Assembly (NCBI GenBank): GCA_002269645.1
Contig: NIVC01000096.1
Coordinates: 124,001 to 188,000, forward strand
Length of the DNA: 64,000 nucleotides
Source of the DNA: Macrostomum lignano
Taxonomy: Eukaryota
Reading direction: 5' to 3'
Shown: positions 55,883-64,000 of the stretch, in pieces
Numbering within the stretch: position 1 is the stretch's first letter
Layout: the number at the start of each line of letters is the position of its first letter
The notes under the pieces: generated by a model
What the model saw: the letters and a program-made list of their open reading frames with translations, nothing else
Databases searched by the model: none
Told to the model about the DNA's origin: nothing
Position numbers and translations under genes: made by a program

Positions 55883-58800
55883 ATGGGTAACACAGCTAAC
55901 ACTAAACTCAGACGCCAAAAAACTCCTACAAGACAGTCTTCATCAAGTCGGCATGAGGGCCGCCCTAGACGCGCTACTGCACTGTGTTGCGGACGACGTG
56001 CTTCAGAGCGATCATCAGATTCTAATAATGAATCCGTTGAAGTGGGAGAGTGTGTCAGGTAAGCTGGTGAATTATTGATTTATTAGTAGCTTTTGCTACA
56101 AGGGCTTGCAACAATGGCAGTGACGTCGTCAGCATATCCCACTTTGAAGACGAGGTCAAGTCGGGGGTCTTCCAGAAGAGCGTCCATGACCAGGTTCCAC
56201 AGCGTCGGAGCTAGGACTAAGCCTTGACCAGTCCTTACCAAAATTGTAAACAAGGACCACTAGAAGTTACCTAGAAGTCCACTAGAAATACACGTAAACA
56301 AGCGGGCCTTCAAATAATTTTGCAATATTTACGAGTGTTGCGTCCTGATACAACGGTAACTTCTAGTGGTCCTTGATTGTAAAAGCTTCTTACGCAATCC
56401 CATCCGACCCAGCCCGCCCTGAGGTCCTCCCTTGCAGACTAGATATTTTATCATCTATTTTATATACGCCACAGCACCACAGCACACCACAGCAGAAAAG
56501 GACTACAGAAAGAAGCGCGTTTTAGAAAAAAAATTATGATTAAAAAGAGTTACAAGTTAAATGGCTTTAAAAATCGACAATTCACCTCTGTTTATTGTTA
56601 CAAGATATCATTTTTAAGACTACGAGTATCTAAGCTACACATGATATTTAAAAATCAAACTTTAAAACCGCAGACGGGGTGATCGGGGTTCGGGTACTGG
56701 ACTTCCCAGAGCCTGTCGAATGGAATAGGAGGGTGAGCGGCGATCCCCGAGACGTACAAGCAGAATTGGATGGGCTGGGAGCGTAACTGACACTCGTTAA
56801 GCCCTACGAACAGAGAGCCACTCGGTAGCTACAGAAAGGTGCAGAACACGGGTTTGGAGGAGTACAGATACTTTGAGGGGGGCACTTAGCCCCACTAAGC
56901 CACACAGGGTTAGAGGTATATAAAAAATAAATCCTGGCTGCGTCTTTGAGCCGCATGTATAACTGCGGGTCGATATGTTTTGCCTTTCTTATCGCTTTCT
57001 TGATATTCGTAAAATAATTTCGTTTAGAAAATAAGAACTCTATGTCAATTTTTATATCCTGTACCTAAAAATTATAAAAATGCATTACATAGAATTAACA
57101 ATATAGCTCGTAAAATTAGCATAGAATTCTAATTTTCTGAACGAAAAGCTTTATATGAATATTAATAGCTAGAGCTATAAAAAGGCCCAACATTCGAGCG
57201 TATCAAAAGATGAACATCGAGTCTGCCACCCAGGGGCGTAGCCAGGGGGGGTCATGGGGGTCATAACCCCCCAGCCGGCTGATCCAGGCCAAATGTACAA
57301 TGCATACAGGAGGGCATCCCCCTCCCCCGTCGCAGAGGCCTAGCACCCCCTGCCCCCGGTTGCCGCGCTGTGAGCTATGACTGTGACCCCCCCCCCCAGA
57401 AGGAAATCCTGGCTACGCCACTGCTGCCTCCTATCGAAAGAATAATAACAATTTTAAAGTACAGAAGTGAAAAGTTTCTATCTCCGTAGTGCATTTTTCG
57501 ACGAAAACCAGCCTCCTTAGCATTTTATAAGAAACGTAGTTTCCCGTCCTACTTGAGCAGGCCTTGGGCAGTTTTGCTTCTCCTGAAACTTGTTAGCATT
57601 GCTGCTAAAAGGAGCGCTTCAAAGTAGTCATTTAATTCCTTTTTGGTTCAGAGCGCAGCTAAATATCGACATAAACCTACATTTAAACGTATTACCTAAT
57701 TTTTTACTATGTATAACGAGGCCTGAATGCTAGCATCAACTTTTAACTGCAGATCAGTCGATCAACGGAGACAAATCGATTCAGGCGAAGATTCAGGTTT
57801 TTCGACAATGCATTCTTTAAAGCTTTAAAGTTTTGTGCCATTCACTCCAATATAGGGGTGTTCGGGGTTCGGGGTCAGGTCGGGTTTTGGGGTGGTGTTT
57901 TGGCACCGGGTTCGGGGGCTTCTGGTTTTTTTATATTTTTACGAGTTAAAACGAAAAAAAGCAAAAAATTGAAATTGTTTTGTGAGGCCCGTGTATGATT
58001 CAAAGACCGTTCCAAGGGGCACAGACAGTAGATGTCAATAGAGCCCTTGAAGAAAAGAAGATAATATAATCCTTTTGCAGTGTCTCGACATGATACTACA
58101 GTGTTACTGCTCTAAACTAAATAATAGTCTTAGTGTTACTGAAAAATACGAAAAATAGTGCAATTGTTTTGATTCTGATTGATTATTGATGTTTTTTCGG
58201 GTAGAATTTTGGGGTCGGGTCGGGTCGGGTTTTGGGTCCGGGTCGGGTTCGGGGTTCGGGGTTAGAGATTCGGGTGAAAAAATGGAAACTCGAACACCCC
58301 TACGAGTCCGATAGCTGACGAATTATTGATCAATTGGTGGCTGTTGTGACGGGCCCTTCAAAACACAATTTCCACTTCCCCGTTAAACCTACTAACTCTA
58401 TCTGTATTATTGCCAAAGAAATCGGCAAAAATGTTTGAAAACTGAAGCAGGACTACACTACCGGTATACCAATATAAATAGACTCACAATTAGAGCTAAA
58501 ATGTAGCCTCTTGTAGCTGGCTTCATCAGAGAGAATACTATTTTCAATAGTGATTAGGAGTATGAGTTTTCTCTAGCTCAACGAAAGTATTCAACTCATG
58601 GTCTCAGATGAGTAGAATAGTCTCAATGATTCAGATAGGCTACAAATATGAAGATTTTTAGGAAACTAATATGTATAATATGTATACCAAGCTCTCCGAT
58701 AAGGCCCGTTCAAATTATCGCTAGTAGCTCGTAGTTTCACAAAGTAACACAAAGCCTGAGTCCTAGCACCATTTTTAACTGCAAATTCAAGGAAGAGGAA

Positions 58801-61039
58801 CACTGGGGAATCCGTGAAAGGTATAAGAGGCTCGTCTTTGTCCTTTGTTTTGACCCGAAAGGAGCAGCTCATTGGTAGATTATGCAAGAATCAAGCAAAA
58901 GTATCGTGTTAAAAAGTTTTCGAATTATGTCGACCCCTTTTGCCGATTTCTGTGGCCATAATTCAGATAGAATTAATGGGATTATGGAAGGAAAATTCAG
59001 TGGAAAATTCAGTCCTGAAAGTCCCGTCACAACTATTCTTTCACTCAAGGATATAATTTTTTGAAAAGCCTGTTAATACCTAAATAACTGGCTCAAACAA
59101 CTTTTTACACTTAAAATAGATTTTAAAGAAAAACCCATGCTGTAAAACGCTCGGAATATTCAGCTTAGATGAATATTAGTTTATTAGTACTCAAACTATT
59201 TTTTATTAGAGGCAGGGGGGTTGTGTGCAACCTGGCGCAATTTAAGCGACATAGGCACACAACCGGCGAGAGGCATTACTGCCGATTCCGCCGACTCCCC
59301 TGAGCAGGCATACAAGCGCGCGGATACGTACGCAGGCACACACTCACACAGGAGTGTACAGCGGCCCTAACTTTATTTAGTTTTAATTGGTTAGTAAGTT
59401 AGTAAAACTATAATTTGTATTAATTAGTTAGTAGTCAAACTAACGTTGATAAGATAAATTTTTTTCACTATTTAGGCATCCAAAAGCAACAACGGATCAA
59501 CAAGCAACAACCGATCAACAAGCAACAACGGATCAACAAGCAACAACCGATCAACAAGCAACAACGGATCAACAAGCAACAACCGATCAACAAGCAACAA
59601 CCGATCAACAAGCAACAACGGATCAACAAGCAACAACCGATCAACAAGCAACAACCGATCAACAAGCAACAACCGATCAACAAGCAACAACCGGTCAACA
59701 AGCAACAACCGATCAACAAGCAACAACCGATCAACAAGCAACAACCGATCAACAAGCAACAACCGATCAAAAAGCAACAACCGATCAAGAAGCAACAACC
59801 GATCAACAAGCAACAACCGGTCAACAAGCAACAACCGATCAACAAGCAACAACCGATCAACAAGCAACAACCGATCAACAAGCAACAACCGATCAACAAG
59901 CAACAACCGATCAACAAGCAACAACCGGTCAACAAGCAACAACCGATCAACAAGCAACAACCGATCAACAAGCAACAACCGATCAACAAGCAACAACCGA
60001 TCAAAAAGCAACAACCGATCAAGAAGCAACAACCGATCAACAAGCAACAACCGGTCAACAAGCAACAACCGATCAACAAGCAACAACCGATCAACAAGCA
60101 ACAACCGATCAACAAGCAACAACCGATCAACAAGCAACAACCGATCAACAAGCAACAACCGATCAACAAGCAACAACCGATCAAAAAGCAACAACCGATC
60201 AACAAGCAACAACCGATCAACAAGCAACAACCGATCAACAAGCAACAACCGATCAACAAGCAACAACCGATCAAAAAGCAACAACCGATCAAGAAGCAAC
60301 AACCGATCAACAAGCAACAACCGGTCAACAAGCAACAACCGATCAACAAGCAACAACCGATCAACAAGCAACAACCGATCAACAAGCAACAACCGATCAA
60401 CAAGCAACAACCGATCAACAAGCAACATTTGATCGACAAGCAACAACCGATCAAGAAGCAACAACCGATCAAGAAGCAACAACCGAGCGAGATACTAAAG
60501 TTTCCAATAATCAACAAAATCCTTTATTCGACAAGAACTCGGTGCTCACAGACTTTGCGTACTCTCTTTGCATTCCCAACCTGCCAGTTAGACTGACCAG
60601 CCACCAGAGCGTCAGAGGCATCTACGCTCAGTACTTGATGCCAGATGAGGCAGCGGGGATGACCACTGATTGGGAAGAGAAGAAGCAGTCAGTTCTGCAG
60701 ATGCTGCCCACCAGTCTGCGTGAAGTTTTCACTGAAGAAGAACTCCGTGAAGATGAAAAGCTGTGTGTAACTGAGCTGGCAATCAGCATTGCAGACGGCG
60801 AGTGGCCGTTTGAAGAAGAGGAAGCGAGAAGTTTGCTTCAGAACTCAGCTGAAATCGTTCGCAGTCACCTCCAAGCCCTGCAGCTGAGCGCAGATCAGCC
60901 TCGAGACTGCTGCCCAGTGGCAGAGGCCTGGTTCTGCTTCATGGTGGCCGTGTGGAGCCGCCTCAGGACTGCCGTGACCGAGCCTGAGGACGAGGCTGAG
61001 AAGTTCAAAGCATGTATGGGCAACAGGACTGTGAGTTGA
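55883..61039 (+). CDS. Host gene A2 (paralogue of A1): exon 1 55883-56058, terminal exon 59476-61039, middle exons uncertain
   Basis: Exon 1 has the same length (58 codons + AG) and acceptor context (AAATGCAG|GTCAATGG) as A1. The terminal exon has a phase-2 acceptor, is open through the repeat, and ends in PVAEAWFCFMVAVWSRLR as in A1. Confidence 0.65.
56111..56226 (-). pseudogene. Small non-LTR RT fragment
   Basis: QGLVLAPTLWNLVMDALL...VGYADDVTAIV. Confidence 0.7.
56251..56375. mobile_element. 125-bp MITE with 8-bp TSD (hAT-type)
   Basis: TIR CAAGGACCACTAGAAGTTACC / GGTAACTTCTAGTGGTCCTTG; TSD ATTGTAAA on both sides. Confidence 0.85.
56675..56910 (+). repeat. Dispersed repeat, copy 2 (homologous to about 2300-2650)
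   Basis: Shared GGGGT..TCGGGGTTCGGGTACTGGAC...CTAAGCCACAC. Confidence 0.6.
57231..57423. mobile_element. hAT-type MITE
   Basis: TIR CAGGGGCGTAGCCAGG / CCTGGCTACGCCACTG; TSD CTGCCACC / CTGCCTCC (7/8 match). Confidence 0.8.
57853..58302. mobile_element. TIR element with subterminal (GGGTC/GGGTTC)n motifs, hAT-like
   Basis: TIR TAGGGGTGTTCG / CGAACACCCCTA; no clean TSD. Confidence 0.6.
59480..60485 (+). repeat. 15-bp coding minisatellite (QQATTD-type), about 67 copies
   Basis: CAAGCAACAACCGAT/GGT/GGAT units, in frame with ORF 60542-61039. Confidence 0.92.
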
Positions 61040-61785
61040 TCGAGTCTTCTGGCTTGTTCGTCACGCTCTGGACACGATCATGTTTGAATGTGTGAGGAAC
61101 GAGGTTTTGTTTCGCCCAGATACTGCATCATGATTTCATTTGTCAAGATGCGCACCTTGAACTTTTTAAAATGGGTCCTCTAGGAACGAACGAAACTGGA
61201 CGAAAAATGGGTATTCGTTTTTGTTATTTCAGAAAACCCTACTGCCGAAAATTTCATTCAGTTTTGATGTAAATTCATAAACTTTATAGGCGTATAGTTT
61301 TGTGCTTTTTCTTACTGAGCTTCTTATTTATACCTTTCTTCGGCATACCTTGAAATTTTTATCTATTTAATTACTCCTTATCTATTCAGTAATTACTTAT
61401 TAAAATGATGATTCTGCTGAACCTAAGAAAGGCAAATGTTTTTGTTTTTAACACGAATTTTTCCGAATAATAAATAAAACACCAAAAATTCTATACATAA
61501 ACGCCACTTTGCTGTGCTTCTCTTGCTACATTATTTTCAAAAATTTCGATAGGGAGAACTCACCAAAAAGCAATGCAGTGTGCATTTCACAAACTTCTAA
61601 AATACAGTTTCTCGGTTTGCTATGATTTAGTTTTATTTTTGCAAGCTAGATGAAGAAACATTTAGTAGCACAGCAAAGCTCGATATTTTAGCAGAACAAT
61701 ACTCGTAGCTTTTAGTTTCCTGAATTTTTTGAACCCAAATTCAATTGCTTCTTAATTTAATTTTGAACTTGACTTTTCCTCTCAG

Positions 61786-64000
61786 TTCCAGCAGCAGCAA
61801 CAGCAACAACAGCAACAAATACAGGAGCAGCAACAACAGCAACAAATGCAGGAGCAGCAACAACAGCAACAAATACAGGAGCAGCAACAACAGCAACGAA
61901 TGCAGCAACAGCAACAACAGCAACAAATGCAGCAACAGCAACAAATGCAGGAGCAACAACAACAGCAGAAAATGCAGGAGCAGCAACAAATGCAGGAGCA
62001 GCAACAAATGCAGGAGCAGCAACAAATGCAGGAGCAGCAACAAATGCAGGAGCAGCAACAAATGCAGGAGCAGCAACAAATGCAGGAGCAGCAACAAATG
62101 CAGGAGCAGCAACAACAAAAACAGAAAAAGACGAGTGCAGTTTTGCACATCGTCGTAAAGGGCGGTGAGCGAGCATCGACAGTTCATCTGAGCATTTTCG
62201 ATTCCACGAACGAAACGCACGAACGCACGCACGAACTGGAACAAATGACACTTGAAACAGGTGAGCAAATATGGTACTCCAAACTGAATTCTAAAAGTGA
62301 CAGAAGACTAGAAAATATAGAAGTGACAGAACATGGCGAACTTAAGACAATCGTGGATGGCTCTCGATCAACGATTGATCAACCAAGACAGGTCAATTTC
62401 TCAAGACCAGAAATACTGAAATTCAACCTGAGTGCTATCATTGAAGAGAAATCAATCGACTATCCAATAGAGTTTGACGAAAGGCAACGTTTTGTGCCTC
62501 ACTTTTTCAAGGACAAACGAGCGGAGTTTGTTATTAACTGTGACGACCTGACAAATGGTGATTTCCGAGCTCGAGTCATTCCGATGGCACCGATCTGCCT
62601 TATCTTCGAATTTCAATCCAATTTGGAAAACACCAATAATAATTTTCAACTTAAAATTAAACATAATAACGACAAGATCGAATTCAACAAGTCTCGTAAA
62701 GTTTGCTCAAAATGCATGCAATGCGATGCTGCAAAGCCAGATCACGGAGACGCTCAGGTCTGGACGCTGACGATCGATGATCTGCAGATGGCCAATTATA
62801 GCGACTCCATGAGACTGCCTACCGGAGAGCCACTGAGAGTTAAAGTCGTGAAAGCTCAAGATCAAGAGCCTATGATACCTTTCACAGAGTTTTACAACAT
62901 CAATCTGCCTGTCGATTATGCAAACCCAACGCAAACGTATCTCATCAAAGTGGACCCTCAGGCTCAGCCCAGAGTGTACGCAGTCAATCACATTGAGCTG
63001 CATTTCGAATGCGAGATTCCGGATGTCAAATTCTTTGAGATTCGGGGAAACTGCAGCGAGTTCGGCTTATGGGAAAAGCCTCTCAAATTTGAGCTTAAAA
63101 ACGAATTCGAAAAGCCGTTATGTGTGCCTGTGGCAGTTGTGGAAGATGATGGATCAAAGCTTTTTAAGACGTTTGATCTGAAAGACTTTCGGTTTGAAGC
63201 GCTGCTTTATTCCGATCCACAAGAGGCGCCTTGGCCAAAAGCATGTACAATTCCACGCCTTCTTGTTCCATTGGAGCCGTTCTCCATATTTATCGTTAAA
63301 ATATGTAATCGAAAAAGAAGTAGTTCTCTCATTCTTCAACCCAGACTCTCAATCACACCAGTCGTCGCTGAAGTCAGTCGCAGGTTGCACAAAGTTCATG
63401 AAACAAATTCAAGCATTCTTGTTCCGAAGTTGCAAAGACTTGGTCAAATCTGCAGTGAGGTCGATGCAGATCCGCAAAGAACGCACGAAATCTGGGGCAC
63501 AGACCTTCTAAAGGAGAACAAAGGTCCTTTAAAGCCAGAAGCAAAGAGCGGATTGACATATCTAAAGCTGAGGCAGACTCGGCATCAACACGAGAGCCTC
63601 TGTGGAAGACGAATCGTTTTGAAGAGGCTTAACAAAAAGTATCACTACTATCAGGACAAAGCTGTTGGAAAGCTCTTAAAATGGAACGACCTAAAATTTA
63701 GTGATGAAAGAAAAGATGCGCTGAAAAAGATCTGCAGAGGTGACGCATCCGATAGCGATTACAAAAACACTTTGCAGACTGTTGCAACAGAAATTTACAA
63801 ACGCAGTGACCAGTGCATTGTCACAAAGCACTTGTCGCTGTTAAAGCTGGCCGCTGCCATTGTTCGCGGCAGAACTGAGGCTCTGATCCTGAGTCCCAGG
63901 GCTCAGAAATGGCAGCGAGATAACTGGGAACGGCACATGGTCGCAGCGGAGTGCTGGTTTCGAGTCGTCTTGGCGCTCTGGGAGACTCGACCCGATGATA
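61786..64000 (+). CDS. Host gene B2 (paralogue of B1) with N-terminal polyQ/QMQE tract; runs off the window
   Basis: Manual translation shows one open frame from the acceptor TTTTCCTCTCAG (61785) to 64000, absent from the ORF track because it has no stop. It aligns with B1 throughout (GEQIWY, FVPHF, RLPTGEPL, RGNC.E.G.W, AKSGLTYLKLRQTRHQHESLCGRR, WQRDNWERHMVAAE). Confidence 0.85.

Noticed and set aside
59468-60517. Leu/Cys-rich minus-strand ORFs (also 26084-26473, 26121-26465 and 61741-62268)
   Set aside because: Antisense frames of the QATTD and polyQ repeats.

Overview
Eukaryotic (metazoan-like, intron-containing) genomic DNA dominated by mobile elements. (1) A full-length 17.2-kb Polinton/Maverick (adintovirus-like) element at 2789-19944 has AGTAGT...ACTACT termini, a GTCGAC 6-bp target duplication and long TIRs containing a 58-bp tandem repeat. 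It encodes protein-primed PolB, chromodomain integrase, penton, basic core protein, hexon-like MCP, adenain protease, A32/FtsK packaging ATPase and a DEDD-like nuclease. Unusually, it also carries an intronless divergent TATA-binding-protein homologue and a tandem PC4/Sub1 protein. Several core genes carry single-base frameshifts. (2) A second, related but internally deleted Polinton at 29873-45361 has a 30-bp TIR and a CAAAGC TSD, and keeps only its two terminal genes. It hosts a nested stack: a full-length single-ORF Ingi/I-like LINE (APE with an inserted PHD finger, RT, RNase H, and an N-terminal VLRLRGG ubiquitin-tail mimic), which contains a hAT MITE and a Gypsy LTR element whose 5' LTR contains a further TIR element, plus a BEL/Pao gag fragment. 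(3) Two diverged copies of a host two-gene cassette (about 22.8-29.5 kb and 55.9-64 kb) encode proteins that all share an unrecognised C-terminal helical domain. (4) The rest is MITEs, a mariner relic, LINE/Gypsy debris and a tRNA-derived SINE-like head. All assignments come from motif recognition by eye; no database searches were run.
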